DNA from: an uncultured Lentisphaerales bacterium
Lineage (GTDB): Bacteria > Verrucomicrobiota > Kiritimatiellia > RFP12 > JAAYLN01
NCBI GenBank assembly: GCA_964599645.1
Contig: CAZRGQ010000002.1
Coordinates: 22,275 to 86,274, forward strand
Length of the DNA stretch: 64,000 nt
Direction of reading: 5' to 3'
The translations under genes were made by a program, and so were the position numbers. Shown in pieces: positions 1 through 11,820 of the stretch; positions within the stretch are counted from its first letter, which is position 1; each line of letters starts with the position of its first letter. A model generated the notes under the pieces. It made no database searches. It saw nothing but the letters and a program-made list of their open reading frames with translations, and was not told where the DNA came from.

Positions 1-467
1 TCCAAGACGCGGCGCACATCATCGGCGGCGGCGTGCTCCAGACGGAAGACGCGCGTCACCAGGCCGCTGACCTCCGCCTCACCGCTGCCGGTGGTACCGA
101 CGGCCAGCCCACCGCCCTCCGGCAGCCGTACGATGCGGCAGGAGTTGCCCTCATCGACAACGCTCAAGCCGGCTGAGGCGAGCACCGAGAGGCCGAAGGC
201 GTAGATGTCGTCGGCCGGCAGTTCGAGGGTGGCGCCACCGGGCACGATTACGGTAAAGTAGGCGTCGATATCGCCGGCCACCGCAAAGGGGCGTCCGGTG
301 GCGTCGCTCAACAACTGGGCGAAGGCCTCTACCTTGACCCGTTCAAGGGCGCCGATGGCGATATTGTTGTGCCGCTCTTGCGCCAGCGCCGGTATGCTCC
401 GGCAGCAGAGGAGCAGCGCCAATAGCGGCAGCCAACGGTACAACTTGTGCCTGCAGGAGGAGTTCAT
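1..467 (-). CDS. Partial CDS (5' part only, runs off the window start): secreted protein with a signal peptide and a secretin N-terminal (STN/N0)-like region
   Basis: My own minus-strand translation from the ATG at 465-467 reads MNSSCRHKLYRWLPLLALLLCCRSIPALAQERHNNIAIGALERVKVEAFAQLLSDATGRPFAVAGDIDAYFTVIVPGGATLELPADDIYAFGLSVLASAGLSVVDEGNSCRIVRLPEGGG... and stays open to position 1. It is absent from the ORF track because it has no stop in the window. The N-terminus is hydrophobic like a signal peptide, and the following pattern looks like a secretin N0 / STN domain. Family assignment is by eye only. Confidence 0.4.
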   Translation of the reverse strand, partial: MNSSCRHKLYRWLPLLALLLCCRSIPALAQERHNNIAIGALERVKVEAFAQLLSDATGRPFAVAGDIDAYFTVIVPGGATLELPADDIYAFGLSVLASAGLSVVDEGNSCRIVRLPEGGGLAVGTTGSGEAEVSGLVTRVFRLEHAAADDVRRVL

Positions 468-479
468 GTGCCGCCGGGG

Positions 480-1268
480 TTAGAGGGTGCCACGCGTCGA
501 CTTCTCGATAAAGTTGGTCAGGTGACGAATCTCGGGACAGTCGAAGACTTCGGTGCGGATACGCTCGATAGCCTGGCTGCGGTTGAGTCCTTCGCGGTAG
601 AGGAGCCGGTGCGCCTGCTTGAGGGCGGTGCGTGCCTCGGGCGAGACGTTGCGCCGCTGTAGCCCGATCAGATTGGGCGCCGTGATACGCGGCGGTATAT
701 CGGCGACCAGCATGTAGGGCGGAATATCCTGCGTGATTTTGACAGCCGCTCCCACCATCGCCATGGTGCCGATGCGGGTGAACTGGTGTACTCCGACCAT
801 GCCGGAGATGATCGCCATGTCCTCCACCTCGACCTCGCCGGCCAACTGTACGCTGTTTGACATGATCACCTCGTGGCCGACTTTGCAACCGTGAGCTACA
901 TGGACGTAGGCCATGATCAAACATTTGCGCCCGACACGCGTCACCTCGCCGTCATGTGTGCCGGTGTGGATCGTGGCAAACTCCCGAATGGTTGTCTCAT
1001 CGCCGACTTCAGCATAGGTCGTGCCGCCGGCAAACTTGAGGTCTTGCGTCTGCATGCCGATACAGGCAAAGGGAAAGAGCTGGCAGTTGCGTCCGATGCG
1101 TGTGTGACCGCCCACCACAACGTGCGACTGCAGTATGGTACCATCGCCAATCACGACATTCGCGCCCACAACAGAGTAGGGACCGATGGAGACATTGGCA
1201 CCGAGTTCGGCACCCGGTTCAACAATAGCGGTGGGATGGATAGTGGTCATCTCTGCAAATCCTCTCAA
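480..1268 (-). CDS. lpxA: UDP-N-acetylglucosamine O-acyltransferase
   Basis: The 262-aa product has left-handed beta-helix hexapeptide repeats (…IGPYSVVGANVVIGDGTILQSHVVVGG…) and the C-terminal helical region typical of LpxA (…LIGLQRRNVSPEARTALKQAHRLLYREG…). The length matches LpxA. Confidence 0.9.
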   Translation of the reverse strand: MRGFAEMTTIHPTAIVEPGAELGANVSIGPYSVVGANVVIGDGTILQSHVVVGGHTRIGRNCQLFPFACIGMQTQDLKFAGGTTYAEVGDETTIREFATIHTGTHDGEVTRVGRKCLIMAYVHVAHGCKVGHEVIMSNSVQLAGEVEVEDMAIISGMVGVHQFTRIGTMAMVGAAVKITQDIPPYMLVADIPPRITAPNLIGLQRRNVSPEARTALKQAHRLLYREGLNRSQAIERIRTEVFDCPEIRHLTNFIEKSTRGTL

Positions 1269-1320
1269 ACAATGTCAAAGATACACGAAAAAGAGCATGA
1301 GTGCAATTCACAACGTTTGC

Positions 1321-3819
<2,499 letters not shown>

Positions 3820-3867
3820 TTATTATATAATATTGAACGCCTGCGCGCAATCAATTAAACTCGTTCC

Positions 3868-5664
3868 ATGTCCCTGATAAAAGATTTTACCATCGATCCC
3901 CCTACCCTCAACGGCCTGCAAAGATTGATTGCGGCCCTGCCGGAGCAGGCCTTGGCCAATTATGCCCACAGCACCCCTGCCTACCGCGTGGGTGGCTTCC
4001 GGCGCAATCAGCCGCATACTATCAGACAACGGATCGAACAGCAGGTTGTTGCCGGCGAGGAGATCGACGAACCGTTGCGTCGCCTGCTGGCGAGCTACAG
4101 CCTCAACCCTTCGCTGGTAGCCCCTCTTGCCAGCACCTTTCTGGCCGACCACCATCAAGCTCTGGCCACCCTCTTCGGTGCCATTCCCCTGCGTCTCGCC
4201 TCGCTGCTCGATGCCCGTTCCGCCGTGCGCCGCCATGCGGCAGCCCAGCCGGCGCCCTCAGAGAGTGCGACGCTGCAACCGGCGGAGACGACTGAGGTTG
4301 ACACCACCAGCCGGGAGAGCTGGCAGATACAACAGCTCCGCGAGGCCCTGTGCCTGATCTCCGGCAGCTTGCTCAGCCAGGATGTCGACACTGAGAACAA
4401 CCATCCCCTCCCCCCCCTGCTCCGTGATCAACGCATAACCACACTTGAAGAGCAGTTGCGCCAGGCCCACGCCGAACTGCGCCGCCTCAAAGGGAGCGAG
4501 CAGCGCCTGGCACGCCTCGAACGCAAGTTGCAGGAGCAGGAGGCGAGCCTCCAGCAGGCACGTCAGGCTGTGACGGCCGGCGAAACCGCGCTCAAAGAGT
4601 GGCGCACACGGGCCGTCGCAGCCGAGACCGGCCTGGCACAGCGCGACGAGCTGGTCGAACGGCAGGTGGCACGTCTGGTCGAGGCACGCCTGGCACAGGA
4701 GTTTGCCGGCTGGTTCTCAAGAGAGCGTACAGCCGTAGCCACCGCTGCCGGGCAACTGGCGGGCGAAAGTTGCGACGACCCGCTGCTGCAACGTGCCGCC
4801 GAGGCGCTGGCAGCGCAGGCGGCAGCCGACCGGATCAGCGGCACCCGTGCCACAGTGCAGACGCGCCTTAACCGGCTCGAAGCGACGCTCGCCGACGTCA
4901 CTGCCACCCTCGGCCAGGCGCTACGCCCGCAAGCCGCCCTGCAGCAAGTGGCCACAGCCCTGGAGGATGAGTGCCGCCACTTGCGCACCCTGCTGCAACT
5001 TGCGCCGCCCGACTCCCCTCTGCCACTGCTGCAGGCCGCCATCAATACCGCACCGCAAAACCACCTCCCGGCCTGGCGCACCACCATCGCGCATCTCACC
5101 GCCGCCGGCCTCATCGACGAGACAGCCGGCCAGGTGCTCCTCACAGCACGTCAACGGCGCCTGGCCGCCCTGACACAAGCCAGCGCTCAGGTGCCCGAAC
5201 TGCGGCCGGAGAATCTCGCCACCGCCGACGACGCCCTGCAGGCTCTGCTGCTGGGCCAGTGTGCCGGTCTGCTGCTGCTGGATGGGCATAATCTCCTCTT
5301 TGCGCTGCAAGCGCGCTACCGTCGCGTCAAAGAGCACGACTACCCCGACTGGCGGGCACGACAGTGGTTGACCGACGATGTTGTCATGCTGGCTGCCGAT
5401 CGCCCCAACTGTCGTATCCGCCTCGTCTTCGACGGCCCCGAGCGCAGTGAAAGCACACCGTCGGAGAACGTCACCACTATCTACTCCGGCGGCAGCGGCG
5501 ACGACCGGGCCGACCGCGTGCTGCTCGAAGAGCTGCGCTACTTCCGCCAAACTCCGCTGGATACGATCATTCTGATCAGCAACGATGGTGAACTCTGCGG
5601 CAAAGCGCTCCGCCAGGGCGCCAAAACACTCCCCGCCACCGCGCTCCTCGCCTGCCTCGGCTGA
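3868..5664 (+). CDS. Coiled-coil protein with a C-terminal YacP/Rae1-like NYN ribonuclease domain
   Basis: The 598-aa product has about 450 aa of Ala/Leu/Gln/Arg-rich heptad-like sequence (…LEEQLRQAHAELRRLKGSEQRLARLERKLQEQEASLQQARQ…). The C-terminus then reads LLLLDGHNLLFAL…IRLVFDGPE…IILISNDGEL, which matches the Asp triad spacing of NYN/YacP nucleases. No signal peptide is present. Confidence 0.6.
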   Translation: MSLIKDFTIDPPTLNGLQRLIAALPEQALANYAHSTPAYRVGGFRRNQPHTIRQRIEQQVVAGEEIDEPLRRLLASYSLNPSLVAPLASTFLADHHQALATLFGAIPLRLASLLDARSAVRRHAAAQPAPSESATLQPAETTEVDTTSRESWQIQQLREALCLISGSLLSQDVDTENNHPLPPLLRDQRITTLEEQLRQAHAELRRLKGSEQRLARLERKLQEQEASLQQARQAVTAGETALKEWRTRAVAAETGLAQRDELVERQVARLVEARLAQEFAGWFSRERTAVATAAGQLAGESCDDPLLQRAAEALAAQAAADRISGTRATVQTRLNRLEATLADVTATLGQALRPQAALQQVATALEDECRHLRTLLQLAPPDSPLPLLQAAINTAPQNHLPAWRTTIAHLTAAGLIDETAGQVLLTARQRRLAALTQASAQVPELRPENLATADDALQALLLGQCAGLLLLDGHNLLFALQARYRRVKEHDYPDWRARQWLTDDVVMLAADRPNCRIRLVFDGPERSESTPSENVTTIYSGGSGDDRADRVLLEELRYFRQTPLDTIILISNDGELCGKALRQGAKTLPATALLACLG

Positions 5665-5789
5665 CACAATGGTGGAACTTGTAAGTAATTGCCAAGATGC
5701 GGGCCTTCGTAAAATATTGGGTAACACAAAATGCGAGCCTGTCACTGGGCACATGTCTCTGTTGTAGTGCGCGAATAAAAGGATATACA

Positions 5790-6270
5790 TCCTGATCCCT
5801 ATGCTTGCGGTTTTTCTTGGGTTATCGCGGTAGGGACGCCCGTTTCCGGGTGCCCCCCGCACAGATCCCGGCGTGCGGAATTCCCGCACCGGGCTCCTCG
5901 AAACTGCTCGCTTTGCACTCGGTCTTCAACGCGACTCCATGAAGGAAAACTGCATTTGCCTGCTTTCTGTGATGCGCGGTTTTGGTAATTGATACCTGCT
6001 GATGATTGCATTGAGACGCGCCCACGTCAAGCCCCGCTTCTGGCTTCTGCGGTTGAGCCACTTGTAGAGCCCCGCCACCACCAGCCACCAGAACTTGCGC
6101 AGACTGCGCCCGTTCCCCGTTACGCCGTAGTACTGCCAGTACCCCGCTAGCTTGCGCCGCAACCGCCCCATGAGGACGGGCAGGCGTTCGCTCCGGGCGT
6201 TCCTGATCCATTTCGTGAATCGTCCTACTGATCGCCGCAGACGGCTTGGGTGATGCGTGCCGGATTCTGG
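5790..6270 (-). mobile_element. 3'-terminal remnant of a group II intron: partial maturase (X domain), domain V and domain VI; the 5' part including the RT domain is missing
   Basis: On the minus strand, the sequence GAGCCCGGUGCGGGAAUUCCGCACGCCGGGAUCU (reverse complement of about 5862-5896) matches the domain V consensus (GAGC…GAAA-type hairpin…GGUUCU). It lies just 3' of a maturase-like ORF fragment. Boundaries are approximate. Confidence 0.55.
5926..6230 (-). pseudogene. Truncated group II intron-encoded protein: maturase (X domain) C-terminal fragment only
   Basis: The C-terminal ~100 aa of ORF 5926..6519 read …RFTKWIRNARSERLPVLMGRLRRKLAGYWQYYGVTGNGRSLRKFWWLVVAGLYKWLNRRSQKRGLTWARLNAIISRY. 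This resembles the …LRGWANYF…W…LRRRHPKK…W… tail of a group II intron maturase. The N-terminal ~100 aa of the ORF do not look like reverse transcriptase. Confidence 0.5.
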
Positions 6271-6325
6271 CTTCTGAATTCTGGGTGCGCATCCACTATT
6301 GTGGATCGCACCCTCAGCCGACCCA

Positions 6326-7003
6326 CTACCTGAACCAGGCAGCGCCAAGCCCCTGGGTGCCGCCATGAAACAGGAAACTTCCCCAGCCGATGGTAAAGAG
6401 CAGGTTGCCGTAGAGGGCATGTTCCAATATCGAGAGCCAGAGGCGTCCGGTACGGCGATAGGTACGCAGAAAGAGTAGCCCGCCAAGCGTGGGCAGCAGC
6501 AGCGCCCAGAGATTGCCAAAGGGGAGATGGCCGAAGCCGAAGACCAGCGTGCCGATCAGCCAGGAGGCACGCGGCGAGGAGAAGAGTGGCGCATAGCGCC
6601 GCTCGTAGAGCCGCCGGTAGAGCAGCGCCTGGGGCCAGACCGAGATAAAGGGGTAACAGACCATCACCATGAGCCAGAAGCGGAGGTTGCTGCGGGGAAA
6701 GGCGAAGAGTAGCCACGGCTGATAGAGGTAGAGCGCCAGCGTCAGAATCAAGGCCGCCAAGAGCCAGCGCCCGATGATCGGCCGCAGTTCACGCTGCCAC
6801 GGCACAGCCCCGGCTGCTACCTCATCCCGCAACAGCAGGCGCTTACCGCGAGACGAGAGCCAGGCAGCCGTCAGGGTTGCCAGCCAGAGTAGAGGTAAAA
6901 TGGCACGTGGCGGCAGGCCGTAGAGCAGCAGCGGCGGCAACAGCAGATAGAGGAGAGCGAACTCAACCAGACGGAGCTGCCTGTTGGCAAGTGGCGACAC
7001 CAT
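6326..7003 (-). CDS. CPBP-family intramembrane metalloprotease (CAAX protease/Abi-like)
   Basis: The 225-aa product is polytopic and hydrophobic. It carries an FxxxH motif (VFGFGHLPFGN) and an HxxxN motif (LEHALYGNL), as CPBP proteins do. Confidence 0.55.
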   Translation of the reverse strand: MVSPLANRQLRLVEFALLYLLLPPLLLYGLPPRAILPLLWLATLTAAWLSSRGKRLLLRDEVAAGAVPWQRELRPIIGRWLLAALILTLALYLYQPWLLFAFPRSNLRFWLMVMVCYPFISVWPQALLYRRLYERRYAPLFSSPRASWLIGTLVFGFGHLPFGNLWALLLPTLGGLLFLRTYRRTGRLWLSILEHALYGNLLFTIGWGSFLFHGGTQGLGAAWFR

Positions 7004-7006
7004 GCA

Positions 7007-7720
7007 CTACTCCGGCTGTAGCGCCGCCGGTGTCTGCTCGGCAAAGCTGATCTGATCATAGCCGAAAATGGCGGCAAAATGCTCTACCACCAGCTCTTTG
7101 ATCCGCGCCATCGGTGGCGCGGTGCCGAGCAGACGCTCCAGCGAAGTGACGCCGGCATCGACCAGTCCGCACGGCACAATACCGGCGTAGTCGGTCAGAC
7201 GTGTCGTGATATTGAGGGCAAAACCGTGCATCGTCACCTGCCGCGACACCTTGATGCCGATCGCCACGATCTTATCGTTGCCCACCCAGACACCACGATT
7301 GCGGCTGTCACGTCCCGCATTGGCCAGACCGCACGCCTTGAGGGTTGTGATCAGAACCTCCTCGACGGCCGTGATATAGTCGGTCACTCCCATGCCACGC
7401 TCTGCGAGGTTGATGATCGGGTAGCCCACCAACTGTCCCGGTCCATGATAGGTGGCATCGCCGCCCCGTGTGGTTGTGACGCATTCGATACCCGCTGCGG
7501 CCAACGCCTCCCGGCTCCAGCGCAGATTCTCCGGTTGTGCCGAGCGTCCCATTGTATAGACCGGCGTATGCTCCAGCAGGAGCAGCCGGTCATGGCACAT
7601 GCCGTTGCGGCGCTCGGCGTGGTACTGCTCCTGCAGGCGGAATGCCGTCTGATATGGCACCGCACGGCCCAAATCTTCGATCGTGATGCAACCAGCCATT
7701 ACCACTCTCTCCCCAAACAC
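7007..7720 (-). CDS. lipB: Lipoyl(octanoyl) transferase
   Basis: The product reads …LLLLEHTPVYTMGRS…GGDATYHGPGQLVGYPII…KIVAIGIKVSRQVTMHGFALN…, which are typical LipB motifs. The true start may be the internal Met near 7699. Confidence 0.85.
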   Translation of the reverse strand: MFGERVVMAGCITIEDLGRAVPYQTAFRLQEQYHAERRNGMCHDRLLLLEHTPVYTMGRSAQPENLRWSREALAAAGIECVTTTRGGDATYHGPGQLVGYPIINLAERGMGVTDYITAVEEVLITTLKACGLANAGRDSRNRGVWVGNDKIVAIGIKVSRQVTMHGFALNITTRLTDYAGIVPCGLVDAGVTSLERLLGTAPPMARIKELVVEHFAAIFGYDQISFAEQTPAALQPE

Positions 7721-7800
7721 CAGAAGCCGTCAACCGATGGTAACGGCGGACGGCTTGCAGTGGAGAACGAACGGCCTCCACAGGTGGAGGCAGAGACCAT

Positions 7801-8070
7801 TTACTTGGTCAGGGCAGCCAGACGCTTGGCCATGCGCGACTTGCGGCGATCGGCCGTATTGCGCTTGATCACACCGCGCTTGGCGGCCTTGTCCAGCGTC
7901 GAAGCGTAGTCGGCCAGCGCCTTGGTGGCGACTGCCGGATCGGCATCTTTGACAACGGCGGCAAAGGCTTTACGGCGCTCGGTGCGCACGCGGCTCAAGA
8001 CAGCCCGGTTATTGGCCCGACGCTTGATCGACTGCCGGGCGCGTTTTTCAGCACTTTTGGTATTTGGCAT
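7801..8070 (-). CDS. rpsT: 30S ribosomal protein S20
   Basis: The product reads MPNTKSAEKRARQSIKRRANNRAVLSRVRT…KRLAALTK, a basic ~89-aa protein of S20 type. The start was moved to the Met inside ORF 7801..8088. Confidence 0.9.
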   Translation of the reverse strand: MPNTKSAEKRARQSIKRRANNRAVLSRVRTERRKAFAAVVKDADPAVATKALADYASTLDKAAKRGVIKRNTADRRKSRMAKRLAALTK

Positions 8071-8245
8071 GTGAAACTCAACTCCCAATCGCCATCATGG
8101 CGACAAGTAACCGTTTATTATACCAATTTTTTTCGTTTGGGCAAAGTTCAAAGTTTGCCGTTTCTGCCTTCCTGTTGTCCGGCAGCTCTGCTACAATTCT
8201 ATCCATCTATTAACAGCATCTACTTTTACCACTTGAGGAACCCTT

Positions 8246-9781
8246 ATGAGCACTACCTCCACTCCGCTACGCATCGGCTGGGCCATGCGCGATGTCTCGA
8301 CCGACAAGCCGATCACGATACCCGGCCAGTTTCACATCAGAGTCTCCACCGGTGTGCTCGATCCGGTTACCGTTACCGCTCTCGTCATCAGCAATGAGAG
8401 TGACGACGTGATCTTCGTCTCAGCCGATATCGTCTCGTGCCGCAACTACTTGCTCGACGAAATCCGGCGTCGCATTCAGGAGTTGGACCCCTCGATACCG
8501 GTAGAGAAGATTGTGCTTAACGCGACTCATACCCATACCGGTCCCCAGACCTCAGGCGACAGCACCGTCGCCGAGGGGGCCACCGCCACGCTTCAAGCCT
8601 GTCCGCATGACGGGGTGGAGATCGCCTCGGGCGATGAGTATCGTGCCTTCTTCGTGGCCCAGACGGCGGCTGCAGTCGTGGAGGCGTGGCAAGCACGCGC
8701 ACCGGGCGGTTATGCCTACGGTTACGGCTTTGCCGTTGTGGCCCATAGCCGCCGGGTCGTCTACTTTGACGACACCTCCCTGCGCCCCGGTGCCCAGAAA
8801 AATCCGCGCCACGGGCTGCATGGACATGCGCAGATGTATGGCCAGACCAACGATCCGATGTTCAGCCACTATGAGGCCGGAGCCGATCCCTATGTGAATC
8901 TGCTCTACACCTTCGATGCGCAGGGCGAGCTGACGGGGGCCATCGTCAACGTGCCGGCGCCATCGCAGAACTCCGAGAGCTATACACGACTCTCCTCCTC
9001 CTACTGGCATGAGACGCGCGAGGCGATCAGGGCCAAGCATGGCAACATCTTTATCTTGGCACAGTGCGCCGCCGCCGGTGACCTTGCACCGCGCCAACTC
9101 CACTACCGGGCAGCCGAGGAGCGACGCTATCGCCTCAAATATGGCCCCGACCATAACCCCGAGCAAATACCGGAGTATGAACGCCGCTGTGATATCGCGG
9201 AACGCATCGCCGCCGCCTTTGACGAGGTGCTCGCCTGGGCGCGTCACGATATCCACCAGTCAGCCGATTTGCGCCACCGCGTTGAGACAGTTAAACTCGC
9301 CAAGCGGATGATCAGCGACGAAGCCTGGCAGCAGTCGTGCGCCGAGTTGGAGCGCCTCAGCCATGAAGAGTTTGTCAAGAGCGACGATCCGCAGCGCGAT
9401 CTCTACACCAACTCTCTCCTGGCGGCCAGCCGCAACCGTCTGCAGCAGGTGATCCGGCGCTATCAGGAGCAGCAGCAGGAGCCCAAGCTGGAGATGGAGC
9501 TCCATGCGATCCGACTGGGCGACATCTCCTTTGCCACCAACCGTTTTGAGCTCTTCATGGACTACCAGCACCGTATCCAGGCGCGCAGCCCCTTTGTACA
9601 GACCTTTGTGGTGCAATTGACAGCCTCTCCCGGCAGTGGCGGCGGCTCCTACCTGGCAACCGAACGCGGCGTCTGGGGACGCGGCTACAGTGCCAGCATG
9701 TATTGCAATCAAGTCTCCCCCGAAGGAGGGCAGGAGTTGGTGGAGGAGACGCTGCGCCTGCTGAAAGAAATCGCCGATTAG
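8246..9781 (+). CDS. Conserved hydrolase-like protein with an HTHxGP motif (possibly a neutral/alkaline ceramidase-like family); paralog of 62394..63938
   Basis: The 511-aa product carries the motif NATHTHTGPQ. About 50% of residues are identical, by eye, to the ORF at the window end. The family assignment is uncertain. Confidence 0.5.
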   Translation: MSTTSTPLRIGWAMRDVSTDKPITIPGQFHIRVSTGVLDPVTVTALVISNESDDVIFVSADIVSCRNYLLDEIRRRIQELDPSIPVEKIVLNATHTHTGPQTSGDSTVAEGATATLQACPHDGVEIASGDEYRAFFVAQTAAAVVEAWQARAPGGYAYGYGFAVVAHSRRVVYFDDTSLRPGAQKNPRHGLHGHAQMYGQTNDPMFSHYEAGADPYVNLLYTFDAQGELTGAIVNVPAPSQNSESYTRLSSSYWHETREAIRAKHGNIFILAQCAAAGDLAPRQLHYRAAEERRYRLKYGPDHNPEQIPEYERRCDIAERIAAAFDEVLAWARHDIHQSADLRHRVETVKLAKRMISDEAWQQSCAELERLSHEEFVKSDDPQRDLYTNSLLAASRNRLQQVIRRYQEQQQEPKLEMELHAIRLGDISFATNRFELFMDYQHRIQARSPFVQTFVVQLTASPGSGGGSYLATERGVWGRGYSASMYCNQVSPEGGQELVEETLRLLKEIAD

Positions 9782-9788
9782 TCCTGAA

Positions 9789-10763
9789 TCAGGCTCCGTA
9801 ACCGTGCGGGCGGTCCCGGTGCCACTGCCAGGCGGTCGCCACAATCGCATCTATCTCCGTGAAACGGGGCTGCCAGCCCAGCACTGCGCGGGCACGTGCG
9901 GCATCGGCCACCAGCCGGGCGGGATCACCGGGACGCCGCGGTATAGTCTCGGCCGGGATCGGATGTCCCGTCACCCGGCGGCACGCCTCGACTACCTCCA
10001 GCACCGAGAAACCGCGTCCGGTACCGAGGTTGAGCGCGCCGGTCACTCCCCGCTCCAGGGCCAGCAGATGGGCCGCAGCGAGATCACTGACGTGGATGTA
10101 GTCGCGGACACATGAGCCGTCAGGCGTAGGGTAGTCGCCACCAAAAACCTTGATTGCAGGCGTCTGCCCCAGCGCGACCCGCAATACGAGAGGAATCAGA
10201 TGGCTCTCATTGGCGTGATCTTCGCCCAGGGTAGCCGTGGCACCGCAGGCGTTAAAGTAACGTAAAGCGATAGTCTTAAAACCGTGTATCCGGCTGTACC
10301 ACCCGAGCATCTTCTCAAAGGCGAGTTTCGATTCGCCATAGGGGTTGGTGGGGCGCTGCGGCGTGGTTTCGCTGATATCCTCTCCGGTCGGCGGTTCACC
10401 GTAGGTGGCGCAGGTGGAGGAGAAGACGAGCCGCTGCACACCGGCCAGGCGCATCGCCTCCAGCAGGTTGAGTCCGCCGCTGACGTTGTTGACAAAGTAG
10501 AGCTCCGGCAGCCGCATCGACTCCCCGACCAGTGCATAGGCGGCAAAGTGCATGACAGCATCGGGTGCCACCGCTGCCACGATCTCCGCTGTACGACGCG
10601 CATCACGCAGATCGGCAACGGTCAGCGGCACCTCCGGTGGCAACGCCTGGCGATGCCCGAATTCGAGGTTGTCCAGCACATGTACCTCATGGCCAGCCTG
10701 CAGCAACTGCGCCACCGCCACACTGCCGATATAACCGCTACCACCGGTTACCAAAATCTTCAT
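9789..10763 (-). CDS. galE: UDP-glucose 4-epimerase
   Basis: The product has an NAD-binding motif (MKILVTGGSGYIGS), a catalytic motif (YGESKLAFEKML), and overall SDR epimerase features. Confidence 0.85.
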   Translation of the reverse strand: MKILVTGGSGYIGSVAVAQLLQAGHEVHVLDNLEFGHRQALPPEVPLTVADLRDARRTAEIVAAVAPDAVMHFAAYALVGESMRLPELYFVNNVSGGLNLLEAMRLAGVQRLVFSSTCATYGEPPTGEDISETTPQRPTNPYGESKLAFEKMLGWYSRIHGFKTIALRYFNACGATATLGEDHANESHLIPLVLRVALGQTPAIKVFGGDYPTPDGSCVRDYIHVSDLAAAHLLALERGVTGALNLGTGRGFSVLEVVEACRRVTGHPIPAETIPRRPGDPARLVADAARARAVLGWQPRFTEIDAIVATAWQWHRDRPHGYGA

Positions 10764-11809
10764 GGCTCTCGCTTCTGCTCGTCGAGACGTGCTTCCAGTG
10801 CCGCAATACGGCTCCGTAGACGTGAAATCTGTTTGTGGGTGTTGAGACCGGCGGCAAATTCACGCATCGTCGTGGCGGGGCTGCCGATCACATAGCTGCC
10901 AGCCGGCACGTCACGCGAGACGCCAGCCTGCGGCCCCACCTGGGCGCCATTTTCAACTACGAGATGCCCTGAGATACCGGCTTGGGCCCAGATCATTACC
11001 CCGGCGCCGATCTGGGTGCTGCCGGCAATTCCAGCTTGGGCGATTACACCGCTGCAGTCGCCGATGATAACGTTGTGGCCGATCTGTACCAGATTGTCGA
11101 TCTTGACGTGGTTGCCCAGCCGGGTCTCACCAAAGCGGGCCCGGTCGATCGTGACGTTGGCTCCGATCTCCACATCGTCTCCGATTACCACGGTGCCGGT
11201 CTGGGGAATCTTCTCCACCTGCGGCAGGGCACCCGGACGCGGCGTCACCTCATAGCCGAAGCCGTCGCTCCCGACTACCGCGCCATTGTGGGCGATAAAA
11301 CGGTCGCCGATACGCACATACTCACGCAGTGAGACTTGGGGATAGAGATGCGAGTCGCACCCGATTACCACCCCGGTAGCGACAAAACATTGTGCCTCGA
11401 TCACCGTACGGTCGCCGATGCGGGCACCGGCTTCAATGACACACCAGGGGCCGATGTGGATATCCTCGCCGAGAACTGCGTCGTCGGCCACCAGCGCCGT
11501 GGGGTGAATACCGGGCTTGCGCAGCGGTATCGGTGGCGCAAAGAGGCGTGCCAACACGCCAAACGCCTTGTCAGGGTCGGCCACCCGCAGCAGGGTCGGC
11601 ACTCTGCTCGTGCCCTGCCAATCGTGACCTACGATTACGGCGCTGGCATTGGTCGTCGCCATGAGAGGGGCATAGTTCCGACTGGAGAGGAAGGAGAGGT
11701 CTCCCGTGCGGGCTTCACGCAACCCGGCCAGCCGGGAGATCATCGTATTGTCGATCCCCTCGATTGCAGCATCGATCTGGGCAGCAATCTGGACTATGCT
11801 CCACTCCAT
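10760..11809 (-). CDS. lpxD: UDP-3-O-acylglucosamine N-acyltransferase
   Basis: The product has an N-terminal LpxD domain and then long hexapeptide repeats (…IGDDVEIGANVTIDRARFGETRLGNHVKIDNLVQIGHNVIIGD…). The start is placed at MEWS…; the track ORF begins 15 nt upstream and overlaps the skp stop. Confidence 0.85.
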   Translation of the reverse strand: MEWSIVQIAAQIDAAIEGIDNTMISRLAGLREARTGDLSFLSSRNYAPLMATTNASAVIVGHDWQGTSRVPTLLRVADPDKAFGVLARLFAPPIPLRKPGIHPTALVADDAVLGEDIHIGPWCVIEAGARIGDRTVIEAQCFVATGVVIGCDSHLYPQVSLREYVRIGDRFIAHNGAVVGSDGFGYEVTPRPGALPQVEKIPQTGTVVIGDDVEIGANVTIDRARFGETRLGNHVKIDNLVQIGHNVIIGDCSGVIAQAGIAGSTQIGAGVMIWAQAGISGHLVVENGAQVGPQAGVSRDVPAGSYVIGSPATTMREFAAGLNTHKQISRLRSRIAALEARLDEQKREP

Positions 11810-11820
11810 GCCGTTGCCCC

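Noticed and set aside
5926-6519. Full 197-aa ORF as an intact gene
   Set aside because: Only the C-terminal ~100 aa resemble a group II maturase. The N-terminal half has no RT motifs and overlaps the CPBP gene in another frame. It is called a pseudogene fragment instead.
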